Made by a program: the position numbers and the translations under genes. A DNA stretch of 64,000 bases. It comes from Candidatus Eiseniibacteriota bacterium (GTDB lineage Bacteria; Eisenbacteria; RBG-16-71-46; SZUA-252). Of this stretch, positions 1 to 9,061 are shown one piece after another (the stretch's first letter is position 1; the number at the start of each line of letters is the position of its first letter). The stretch lies in NCBI GenBank assembly GCA_963703225.1, contig OY969801.1, positions 1,696,001-1,760,000 of the forward strand, written 5' to 3'. Below the pieces are notes generated by a model. It was not told where the DNA came from and did not search any database. It worked only from the letters and a program-made list of their open reading frames with translations.

Positions 1-496
1 ATCCATCCCGCCCCACCATCTCCAAGAGCCCCTGCTCGGCGTGCCAGCGCGTCTCCGCGTAGAGCGAGAGTGGACGGACCGGCGACTCCTCGGTCAGAAC
101 CTCCTCGCGACCCTCGCCGTAGACGCTGCAGGTGGAGGCAAAGACGAATCGGTCGACGCCCCTGGCGGCGGCGCTCCGGGCGAGCGCGACGGTGGCGGTC
201 CAGTTGGTCTGGACCGCCAGGTCCTCGTCCTGCGCGCAGGCCTTGTCCCCCACGATCGCTGCGAGGTGGATCACCGTGCGCACCCCTTCGAGCGCGTCCG
301 CGTGCGTGCGGGGGTCGCGAAGATCCCGCTGAAGAACTTCCACGTTTCCCTCCGGGTCCAGCCCGGCGAGGCCGTGATCGCCATGGAGCATCCGATCCAC
401 AATCCGCACCCGCTCGCCTTGATCGAGGAGCGCGCGGACGAGGATGGAGCCGATGTAGCCAGCCCCGCCCGTGACGAGGATCGGTCCCTGGCTCAT
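1..496 (-). CDS. NAD-dependent epimerase/dehydratase (extended SDR), 3' end outside window
   Basis: Not in the ORF track. Manual translation from ATG 496 gives MSQGPILVTGGAGYIGS...VIHLAAIVGD...FVFASTCSVYG...PLSLYAETR, with a Rossmann GxxGxxG motif. ATGA overlap with the upstream methyltransferase stop. Confidence 0.88.
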   Translation of the reverse strand, partial: MSQGPILVTGGAGYIGSILVRALLDQGERVRIVDRMLHGDHGLAGLDPEGNVEVLQRDLRDPRTHADALEGVRTVIHLAAIVGDKACAQDEDLAVQTNWTATVALARSAAARGVDRFVFASTCSVYGEGREEVLTEESPVRPLSLYAETRWHAEQGLLEMVGRDG

Positions 497-1320
497 CGCC
501 GCACCAACCAGTGGAGATGATGGTCGGCCGCGGCGCGCGACAGGGGGCCCACCGGTCGCAACGCCCGGTCCCAGGCCGCGGCCACCTCGAAAAATTTCCC
601 CAGACGAGGATCTCGACGCGCAGCGCCCGGAAGGGAGCGCGCCGCGTGGCGTTGGAGCGAGTAGAAGAGATTCGAGCCCAGCACCTCATCCTCGAAATCG
701 TCCGACGCCTGGGCCAGAACCGCCGGCTCCGAAACCACGGCGCAGTAGTAGCCGCTCTCGCGCTGCAGCCCGTCCCGGTAGGGATTGTCGAGAGGATCCT
801 TCAAGAACAGGCTCTCCGGATTGTTCAAGACGAGGGCCAGGATCCCGCCCGGTCGAAGCACCCGGGCCACTTCACGAAGCGTCGCCTCCTGTCCCGCTCG
901 GGGCAGGTGCTCGAGCAGCCCCAGGCACAGCACGAGCGACAGCCGGCCGGACGAAAGCGGAAGGCGGTCGCTCCGAACGCGGACCGGCGATGCGTTCACG
1001 ACCCCCGATCGAGCGACGTTTCGCTTCAGGCGCGCGAGCATTCCCGGCGCGAAGTCGGCGCAGACGAGATGTCGAAGGCGAGGCGCCACCCGGACCGACA
1101 CGCGGCCGACGCCAGCTCCCAGGTCGAGTCCTCGCTCGTCCAGGTGGCGTTCGCCGAGGGCGTCCAGCACCAGACCTGTCTCCCAGGCATCGTACGCCTG
1201 GTTGACAAATCCTGGCTCGCCCAGGCTCAAGACGGCAGCCAGCTCGTCGCCCGCGTCGTGCCTTGCCCCGCTCCAGTAACGGGCCGCCAGCGCGGGATCG
1301 TACCCTCCGGATCCAGTCAC
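493..1320 (-). CDS. Class I SAM-dependent methyltransferase
   Basis: Motif I LDLGAGVGR, ADFAPGML, LCLGLLEHL, RVLRPGG. Likely start is GTG 1320 (the ORF extends to 1413). Confidence 0.85.
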   Translation of the reverse strand: MTGSGGYDPALAARYWSGARHDAGDELAAVLSLGEPGFVNQAYDAWETGLVLDALGERHLDERGLDLGAGVGRVSVRVAPRLRHLVCADFAPGMLARLKRNVARSGVVNASPVRVRSDRLPLSSGRLSLVLCLGLLEHLPRAGQEATLREVARVLRPGGILALVLNNPESLFLKDPLDNPYRDGLQRESGYYCAVVSEPAVLAQASDDFEDEVLGSNLFYSLQRHAARSLPGAARRDPRLGKFFEVAAAWDRALRPVGPLSRAAADHHLHWLVRR

Positions 1321-1341
1321 CCTGTCATGCCCCGACGCCTC

Positions 1342-1370
1342 TGGACGACCGCGTCCGCCCTCCGTACAAT
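1342..1370 (+). promoter_or_regulatory. Putative sigma70 promoter for the small Zn-ribbon gene
   Basis: TGGACG-N17-TACAAT, about 70 bp upstream of a GGAGGT RBS and ATG 1440. Confidence 0.4.
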
Positions 1371-1439
1371 CACCCCCGCGTGAATCGGCCTGCGCGGCCC
1401 GCGCGCGCGCCACCCAGGATCGAACCCGGAGGTAGCTCG

Positions 1440-1664
1440 ATGCCAGAATCCGCCGAGCTCGTCAGCAATCCCGCTGTCGAGTGCCTGCGCTGCGCCAAGC
1501 TCTTCGGCCCAACGCAAATTCTCCACCTTCGCGAGGATCCGCGGCGCCCCTACGTCCGCTGTCAACACTGCGGGGCCAAGAATGAGGTTCGCGCCGAGGA
1601 TCGCTTCACGATCCGGCTGATCGGGATCATCGACGAGCCTCCCGCCGCGAGAGCGGGCACGTAA
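1440..1664 (+). CDS. Small (74 aa) CxxC...CxxC zinc-ribbon protein
   Basis: GGAGGT RBS then MPESAELVSNPAVECLRC...VRCQHCGAKNEV. Fills the gap between the methyltransferase and the tRNA terminator. Confidence 0.7.
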   Translation: MPESAELVSNPAVECLRCAKLFGPTQILHLREDPRRPYVRCQHCGAKNEVRAEDRFTIRLIGIIDEPPAARAGT

Positions 1665-1703
1665 CACCGTCCGAGCGCACGACGCGCCGCGATCGAAGAG
1701 GTT

Positions 1704-1739
1704 AATGAAAGGGTCCCCTCCCCGATGGGAAGAGGACCC
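1704..1739 (-). terminator. Rho-independent terminator after tRNA-Leu
   Basis: Minus-strand hairpin GGGTCCTCTTCCC-ATC-GGGGAGGGGACCC followed by TTTCATT. Confidence 0.75.
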
Positions 1740-1742
1740 ACG

Positions 1743-1828
<86 letters not shown>

Positions 1829-1837
1829 CAGTTCTGA

Positions 1838-2305
1838 TTACTTCGAGCCGCCGCTCCCTTGGGGCGTCGTGCCTCCCTGTGTCGGAGGGGCGGGAGAGGT
1901 CGAGGTCGGAGGATTCGACGGAGGCGGCGTCATGCTTCCAGGGGTCGCGCCACCCGGCGCGGTGCCGGCCGGTCCACCAGGCGTCGTCGAGGACGGCGAG
2001 GCCTGCTCCTCCGCGTGCTTCCGTGCTTCTTCCTGAATCAGGCTTTTCCCCGCGGTACTCACGCGGTGGGACGAGGTGAGCCCCAGGGTCAGCGATGTGA
2101 GAAAGAAGATGACCGCCAGCGTGGTCGAGGCGCGGGTCAGAAACGTGGCGGCACCCCGCCCGCCGAAGAGGGTCTGACTCGAGCCCTGGCCAAACGCTCC
2201 GGCCAGTCCGCCACCCTTCCCCGATTGGAGCAGGATCGAAACGATGAGCGCCACGCACGAGATGACGTGGATCGAAGAGATAGCGGCCGCCATTAGGCCC
2301 GACAT
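1838..2305 (-). CDS. secG: Preprotein translocase subunit SecG with long Pro/Thr/Gly-rich tail
   Basis: ILLQSGKGGGLAGAFG...FG.RGAATFLTRAST, two TM helices, downstream of tpiA. Confidence 0.93.
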   Translation of the reverse strand: MSGLMAAAISSIHVISCVALIVSILLQSGKGGGLAGAFGQGSSQTLFGGRGAATFLTRASTTLAVIFFLTSLTLGLTSSHRVSTAGKSLIQEEARKHAEEQASPSSTTPGGPAGTAPGGATPGSMTPPPSNPPTSTSPAPPTQGGTTPQGSGGSK

Positions 2306-2348
2306 TCGCTTGCCTCCGTTGGGTCAATCCGGGACGAACCAGTCAACG

Positions 2349-2378
2349 ACCATACCACGCGGGCTCACGAGGGGTCAA
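2349..2378 (-). promoter_or_regulatory. Putative sigma70 promoter for secG-tRNA
   Basis: TTGACC-N18-TATGGT with an extended TG motif. Confidence 0.45.
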
Positions 2379-3166
2379 TGCGGGGCCTGCGGCGGTGCTC
2401 CACCGCTCTGGGCCGCCGCGGTCCCCAGCGCGCCCGCGATCGCCGCAAACGCGGGGGCGTCGAGCGAGGCCCCTCCAACGAGGAATCCGTCGACCTCTCG
2501 CAGCCCCGCGAGCGATGCCGCGCTCTTCGGATCCACGCTGCCGCCGTAGAGAACAGGAATATCGGCGCCGTCGCCGACCCTCCCGAGCGCGCGGAGCACC
2601 TCGCGCACCCACGCATGCGCCTCCGCGACCTGTTCCGGCGTCGCCACGATGCCCGTGCCGATCGCCCAGACCGGCTCATAGGCGACCAAGAGCGGCGCTC
2701 GGGCTGGAGCGCCCTCGAGTGCGCGGGAGAGCTGTCTCGAGAGGACATCCCGGGTCTCGAGACGCTCCCGTTCCGACAGCGTCTCGCCGATGCAGAGGAG
2801 CGGCTTGAGCCCGGCCCTCCAGGCGGCCCCGAGCTTGGCCCTTGCGATGAGATCGTTCTCGCAGAAGAGGCGGCGCCGCTCCGAGTGGCCGACGAGCACG
2901 TAGTCCGCGCCGGCGTCCCGAATTTGCTCGGCGGAAACCTCTCCGGTGAAGGCTCCTCGGGGCTCCGTGTAGCAGTTCTGGGCCCCCAGCGCCGGATCCC
3001 CCGGCTTTCGGGCCGCCGCGAGCGGGGCGAGTGCGGTAAACGGCGGAAATACGATTGGCACCACCTCCGGATGGAGCCCGCGCGTGCTTGCGACGGCACC
3101 GTAGAGCGTCCTGGCTTCCGCCAATCCGAGATTCATCTTCCAGTTGGCGGCCAGGATCCGGCTCAT
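2375..3166 (-). CDS. tpiA: Triosephosphate isomerase
   Basis: AANWKMN, GHSERR, AYEPVWAIGTG, YGGSV, LVGGASL. True start ATG 3166 lies within ORF 2375..4456. Confidence 0.96.
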   Translation of the reverse strand: MSRILAANWKMNLGLAEARTLYGAVASTRGLHPEVVPIVFPPFTALAPLAAARKPGDPALGAQNCYTEPRGAFTGEVSAEQIRDAGADYVLVGHSERRRLFCENDLIARAKLGAAWRAGLKPLLCIGETLSERERLETRDVLSRQLSRALEGAPARAPLLVAYEPVWAIGTGIVATPEQVAEAHAWVREVLRALGRVGDGADIPVLYGGSVDPKSAASLAGLREVDGFLVGGASLDAPAFAAIAGALGTAAAQSGGAPPQAPH

Positions 3167-4374
3167 CGCGCCCCGGTCTTGGCGGAGGATTCGAGCGCGG
3201 CCACGCCCGGGAGGGTCTTCCCTTCGAGGAACTCGAGCGAGGCGCCCCCGCCCGTCGAGCAGTGACTGATCTGGGTTTCCACGCCCGCCCGGTTGACCGC
3301 CGCGAGGGAGTCCCCTCCACCGACCACGGTGAACGCTCCGCGCTTGGTCGCCTTCGCGACCTCGCGTGCCACCCCGAGGGTCCCCTCGGCGTAGGCGTCC
3401 ACCTCGAACACGCCCATCGGTCCATTCCAGAAGATCGTGCGGGCGTCGGAGAGCGCCTCCGCGATCGCTGCGATCGAGGCGGGCCCGATGTCGACCCCCA
3501 TGCGATCCGCGGGAATGCCGGAGACGGGCACCACCCGGCCAGGATCGCGGCCCGAGATGTCTTCGGTGACGAGGCAGTCGACGGGGAGCAAGATCTTCGC
3601 GGCGAGAGTGGGATCGGAGAGAAGCTCCTTCGCCGTCGCGATCCGATCCTCTTCGACGAGCGAGCGCCCGGTGGAGATCCCCTGAGACTTCAGGAAAGTG
3701 AACATCATTCCGCCCCCGATCACGGCGCGATCCACGCGCGGAAGGAGGTTTTGGAGCACGTCGATCTTCCCAGAGATCTTCGCCCCGCCAAGGACCGCGA
3801 TGTAGGGACGGCCCGGATCGGCGAGGAGGCGCCCCAGCGCCTGAAGCTCCCGCTCCATCAGAAAGCCCGCCGCGGTCTCCTGCACGTAGGCCGTGATCCC
3901 TTCGGTGGAGGCGTGGGCCCGGTGGGCGGCGCCGAACGCATCGTCGACATAGGCGTCGGCCAACGCGGCGAGAGCCCTGCTGAATTCCGGATCGTTCGCC
4001 TCCTCTCGGGGATCGAAACGAAGGTTTTCCAAAAGGAGCACGCCACCGTCGGCAAGCCGGCTCGAGGCAGCTTCGGCCGCGGGGCCGACGATCGACTCGG
4101 CAAATTCCACCGGCTGGCGGAGATATTTGCTGAGGAGATCTCGCACGGGACCAAGGCTCTGCTTGGGGTCGCGCTTTCCCTTGGGCCGCCCCAGGTGCGA
4201 GGCGACGACGAGCCGGGCCCCTTTGTCGATCAGATACCGGAGCGTCGGCAGCGACGCGACGATCCGGGTATCGTCGGAGACCTTTCCGTCCGCGCTGAGG
4301 GGAACGTTGAAATCGACGCGGACGAAGACCCGTCTCCCGGCCGCATCGAGCTCGTTCAAGCGGCGGAAGCGCAT
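3163..4374 (-). CDS. pgk: Phosphoglycerate kinase
   Basis: VRVDFNVP, SHLGRP, LLENLRF, DAFGAAHRAHAS, STGGGASLEFLEGK. Confidence 0.97.
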   Translation of the reverse strand: MRFRRLNELDAAGRRVFVRVDFNVPLSADGKVSDDTRIVASLPTLRYLIDKGARLVVASHLGRPKGKRDPKQSLGPVRDLLSKYLRQPVEFAESIVGPAAEAASSRLADGGVLLLENLRFDPREEANDPEFSRALAALADAYVDDAFGAAHRAHASTEGITAYVQETAAGFLMERELQALGRLLADPGRPYIAVLGGAKISGKIDVLQNLLPRVDRAVIGGGMMFTFLKSQGISTGRSLVEEDRIATAKELLSDPTLAAKILLPVDCLVTEDISGRDPGRVVPVSGIPADRMGVDIGPASIAAIAEALSDARTIFWNGPMGVFEVDAYAEGTLGVAREVAKATKRGAFTVVGGGDSLAAVNRAGVETQISHCSTGGGASLEFLEGKTLPGVAALESSAKTGAR

Positions 4375-4383
4375 CGACCCCGC

Positions 4384-5394
<1,011 letters not shown>

Positions 5395-6432
5395 CTAGCT
5401 GAAGAATACCCGAGCCATCGCATAAAGCTCCGGCCCGACCGTCTTGAGCGTTCCGATGGCTTCCGAGATCGCCACGTCGACGATCTCGGTCCCCCGAACC
5501 GCCACCATGCGTCCGAACCGTTTCCGCTCAATGAGATCGACGGCCGCGACGCCGAACCGGGATCCGAGCACCCGGTCGAACGCGGTCGGAGAGCCGCCCC
5601 GCTGGATGTGCCCCAGCACGCTGTATCGCGTTTCGTACCCCGTCCGTTCTTCGATGCTCACCGCGAGCGAGGCTCCGATCCCGCCCAGCCGCACGTGACC
5701 GAAGGCATCCCGCTTCTCCGTCTGCACATAGAGGGGCTGCCCCTTCTCGTCCGCGAGCCGCGCCCCCTCCGCCACCACGATGATGCTGAAGTTCTTCCCG
5801 CGATCGTGTCGACGCTGGATCGCCTCGCAGATCTCGTGGAACGCCACGGGATACTCGGGGATCACGATCACATCGGCGCCGCCCGCGATGCCCGAGTCGA
5901 GCGCGATCCAGCCGGCGTGGCGGCCCATCACCTCGACGACCATGACCCGATCGTGGGACTCGGCCGTGGTGTGCAGGCGGTCGATCGCCTCGGTCGCGAT
6001 GGTGAGCGCGGTGTCGAAGCCAAAGGTGTAGTCAGTGCCGTTGACGTCGTTGTCGATTGTCTTCGGCACGCCCACCACGGCGACGCCGGCCGTGTGGAGC
6101 TTGACCGCGGTGCCGAGCGTATCCTCGCCGCCGATGACCACCAAGGCGTCGATGGACTGACGCGAGAGCGTCGCGCGGATCCGGGCCTCGCCGTCCTGCT
6201 CCTTATACGGGTTGGTCCGGGAAGTGCCGAGAATGGTACCGCCTCTGGGAAGAATTCCCGAAACCGAGGCGAGATCGAGCGGCTCGACCTCTTCCAACAG
6301 AAGCCCCCGCCACCCATGACGGATGCCGGACACGGACCATCCATAGCCCTTGATCGCCTTCTGGACGACCGCGCGAATGACCGCGTTGAGCCCCGGGCAG
6401 TCCCCGCCGCCGGTCAGGACGCCAATCCGCAT
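5395..6432 (-). CDS. pfkA: 6-phosphofructokinase, group III (PPi-type signature)
   Basis: LTGGGDCPGLNAVIR, GGTILGTSR, GGEDT, PKTIDND, EVMGRHAG, LGHIQRGG. Confidence 0.94.
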   Translation of the reverse strand: MRIGVLTGGGDCPGLNAVIRAVVQKAIKGYGWSVSGIRHGWRGLLLEEVEPLDLASVSGILPRGGTILGTSRTNPYKEQDGEARIRATLSRQSIDALVVIGGEDTLGTAVKLHTAGVAVVGVPKTIDNDVNGTDYTFGFDTALTIATEAIDRLHTTAESHDRVMVVEVMGRHAGWIALDSGIAGGADVIVIPEYPVAFHEICEAIQRRHDRGKNFSIIVVAEGARLADEKGQPLYVQTEKRDAFGHVRLGGIGASLAVSIEERTGYETRYSVLGHIQRGGSPTAFDRVLGSRFGVAAVDLIERKRFGRMVAVRGTEIVDVAISEAIGTLKTVGPELYAMARVFFS

Positions 6433-6486
6433 TGGTGCGACGCTCCCCACACTAAGTAGCGTATTTACAGATAGATAGAGCCGGAG

Positions 6487-6515
6487 AGTCTACGGGCGGC
6501 TGAGATGGAAGTCAA
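6487..6515 (-). promoter_or_regulatory. sigma70 promoter for the glycolytic operon
   Basis: TTGACT-N17-TAGACT upstream of pfk. Confidence 0.6.
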
Positions 6516-6536
6516 GGCCCGGTTTGTTCGCGGGAT

Positions 6537-6566
6537 CATCCACTGGCCGCCTGGCGTCAGTGGATG
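6537..6566 (-). terminator. Stem-loop over the GWxTD gene stop
   Basis: CATCCACTG...CAGTGGATG inverted repeat with an inner CGCC-A-GGCG; no immediate U-tract. Confidence 0.35.
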
Positions 6567-8056
6567 CCGCTCGTCGAGGAGTACTTGAGGGTGTACTCGC
6601 CGTATCCCTGCTCGTCGACAAACACGAACTGGAGCCCGGAGGTCCGCGCATTCGCCGCGAATCGGTGGACCAGCTCGTGTCCGCGCGTGTCGTAGGTCCA
6701 GATTTCGTAGGCGCGCTGGTCCGCCACACCCGACTGGGTGTCGGTGAGTTTCTCTCGAGACGACTCCGGGACTTTGTCGTTGAGCGCGTAGCCGAGGGTC
6801 TTGCCCGCGACGGGCACCCGTTCAATCTTCACTTCGTCGGGCTCGCCGTAGCGGATATAGACGCGGCCTCGATCGCTGAACATCCCTCTCTCGAAGACCG
6901 AGTAGCGGACGTTCGAGTAGTCGACCCGCCGTCGGAACTCGTCACGGCTCTCGTTGTCGCCGGTGTCGGGCGTCGGATCGGCATCGCGCCACAGGCGTTC
7001 CACCCAGCGCTCCTTCTCCCCCATCGGAAGATCGCGAAACGTCAGGACCGAATCGGCAGGGAGCAGAGCCACCGCGGTCGCCTCGTACAAGTCGACGGCG
7101 TCGGCCCCCCACGAATCAACGTCCCAGAGCACATCGAAGCCGTCCTGGCTCTCGGCCACCCTCTTGCCATGCTCATCCAAAAGCGTCAGAACCAACTGAT
7201 ACCGCCCAGCCGGAAACGAGGTCGCGTCGATGGCGAGAGCGTACGGCCACGCGGTCCCCTCCGTCACCCGCAGGGAGTCGAGGCTCGCGAAGATCGTGTC
7301 CCCGGCCGCATTCGAGACGCGGCTCGCGACCAGGTATCGCGTTCCTTCCGGCGGGGGCGGCGCGTCGTAAATTTCGTAGTAGACGGACACGGCGTCCTGA
7401 AAGTGGCCAAAGTAGCCGCTCGGTTGGGGCTTCACGTCGTAGGGGCCCTTCCGGAAGGGACTCCCCTCCGCGGCCCCGCCGATCTCCCAGGCGAATTCCA
7501 GCCCGCTCAGCGCCGGGTTCTGAAAGAGCCAATCCCGCATGTCGATTGCCCCTTCCACCTGTCCCTGCTTCTTCTGGTTCTTCATCTTGTAGACGAGGCC
7601 CATGCGGTCGACGTTCATGTCCTCGATCAGGACCCGGAAGGTGTACCGGCCCGGGGGAGCCGTGAGGCCCACCGAATAGATCTCGCCGAGGAGCGAGTCG
7701 ACCGTGGCCGAGTGGTCCGTACTCTGGAGAATGGCCTCGCGCTGAAGATATCCGGCCCTCTTGGAGTCGGCGTTCCACATCTCGACGGTGATCCGAAGCT
7801 TGGCGCTGTACCGGTCCTCCTCCGGGACAAACCGGACTTCACGGTAGGGTACGCGGATTGAGAATTCGGCGCGCGCCTCTTTGGGGCTGTGGCGGTAGGC
7901 GACCGCGCGCGCGTGAAACCGGATGTCGCCCGTGGAGGTGGCGAGATCCCCCTCGTAGGACTGCTTCGCGGCGGCGGCGCCAGTCCAGACGGCCACGAGA
8001 AGGCACGCGCTGAGAAGCGCCGCGGGCGGCCAGGAGGCGAGACGAGGGCGCCTCAC
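6557..8056 (-). CDS. GWxTD domain-containing exported protein
   Basis: Signal peptide and Ig-like N-terminal half. C-terminal W..ADPTPDTGDNE..EF.RRV.YSN.RY...GMFSDRGRVYIRYGEPD and YEIWTY...FVFVD..GYGEY match the GWxTD family pattern. Confidence 0.85.
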   Translation of the reverse strand: MRRPRLASWPPAALLSACLLVAVWTGAAAAKQSYEGDLATSTGDIRFHARAVAYRHSPKEARAEFSIRVPYREVRFVPEEDRYSAKLRITVEMWNADSKRAGYLQREAILQSTDHSATVDSLLGEIYSVGLTAPPGRYTFRVLIEDMNVDRMGLVYKMKNQKKQGQVEGAIDMRDWLFQNPALSGLEFAWEIGGAAEGSPFRKGPYDVKPQPSGYFGHFQDAVSVYYEIYDAPPPPEGTRYLVASRVSNAAGDTIFASLDSLRVTEGTAWPYALAIDATSFPAGRYQLVLTLLDEHGKRVAESQDGFDVLWDVDSWGADAVDLYEATAVALLPADSVLTFRDLPMGEKERWVERLWRDADPTPDTGDNESRDEFRRRVDYSNVRYSVFERGMFSDRGRVYIRYGEPDEVKIERVPVAGKTLGYALNDKVPESSREKLTDTQSGVADQRAYEIWTYDTRGHELVHRFAANARTSGLQFVFVDEQGYGEYTLKYSSTSGIH

Positions 8057-8072
8057 GGCGCGCCTCCTCGCG

Positions 8073-9011
8073 CTAGAAGCTCACGTTGATCGAGACGTGA
8101 TGAGCGTCTGAGAGGAACTTCAGATCCTGGTATGCGTAGTCCAGTCTCGCCACGGACGATTTGATGACCGTCAGCGGGAACTTCACCCCAAAGCCGGCGG
8201 TGAGCCCTTCGGTGTCGTAGTTCAGTTTGTACCCGCCCCGGATGAACAGGTAGTCGTGGAACCCGTACTCGGCGCCCATGTTCAGCTTCTCCGAGTTGTC
8301 GGGTGGATGCGTGAACTCGGCCGCGGTGATCAGCCGATTCTCCCCCTGCTGCATGAGCAGCGCCGAACCGCCGACCCGGAAGAAGACCGGCATCTTGACC
8401 TGCTCGTCGATGAACGTCATGTCGCTCCCGACGTTCTGGATCGCCATCCCGATCTTGGCTCCCATGACGCCGATTTCGTAGAGGGTCCCAAAATCGAACG
8501 TCACGGACTTCCCTTTGACATCGTCCAGGCCCGTCTGGACGTAGTTGACGTTGAACCCCGCCGAAAACTTATCGGTCAGCGCGCGCGCGTAGGAGAGGCC
8601 GTAGGTCCATTCGCCCGCGTCGAACGTCTCGCCGGTTCCCTCGGGCAGGTATGTGGTTCGTACGATGTCCCGGCTCATGGTGAGCGCTCGGACGTTGACG
8701 CCGAGCATCCCAGGGATCCACTTGATGTTGAAGACGTACCCGGCCTGATCGAACAGGATATCCGCGGGCCACGCCGTGTGATTGAGCGTGATCGACTGTC
8801 CGGAAAGTCGGGCGATTCCCGCCGGGTTCCAGTAGACGGCGGTGGCGTCATCGGCGATCGCGACATACGTGTCGCCCATGGCATTCGCGCGGGCGCCGAC
8901 GCCCATCTTCAGCGACTGTCCCCCCAGCGTACCCACCTTCTCGAAGATTTCAGCCCCCTCCGCCGCCAGCGGCAGCATCAGGCAGACGGCGAACAGGATC
9001 GCGATTCTCAC
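8073..9011 (-). CDS. PorV/PorQ (UPF0164)-family outer-membrane beta-barrel
   Basis: GVGARANAMGD.YVA.ADDATAVYWNPAG motif, alternating beta strands, C-terminal Phe. GAGGAGG RBS before GTG 9011 (alternative ATG 9065). Confidence 0.85.
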   Translation of the reverse strand: MRIAILFAVCLMLPLAAEGAEIFEKVGTLGGQSLKMGVGARANAMGDTYVAIADDATAVYWNPAGIARLSGQSITLNHTAWPADILFDQAGYVFNIKWIPGMLGVNVRALTMSRDIVRTTYLPEGTGETFDAGEWTYGLSYARALTDKFSAGFNVNYVQTGLDDVKGKSVTFDFGTLYEIGVMGAKIGMAIQNVGSDMTFIDEQVKMPVFFRVGGSALLMQQGENRLITAAEFTHPPDNSEKLNMGAEYGFHDYLFIRGGYKLNYDTEGLTAGFGVKFPLTVIKSSVARLDYAYQDLKFLSDAHHVSINVSF

Positions 9012-9061
9012 GAATTTCCTCCTCGGTTTGCCCACGGACCGGTGGGACGCTCCGGCCGGTC

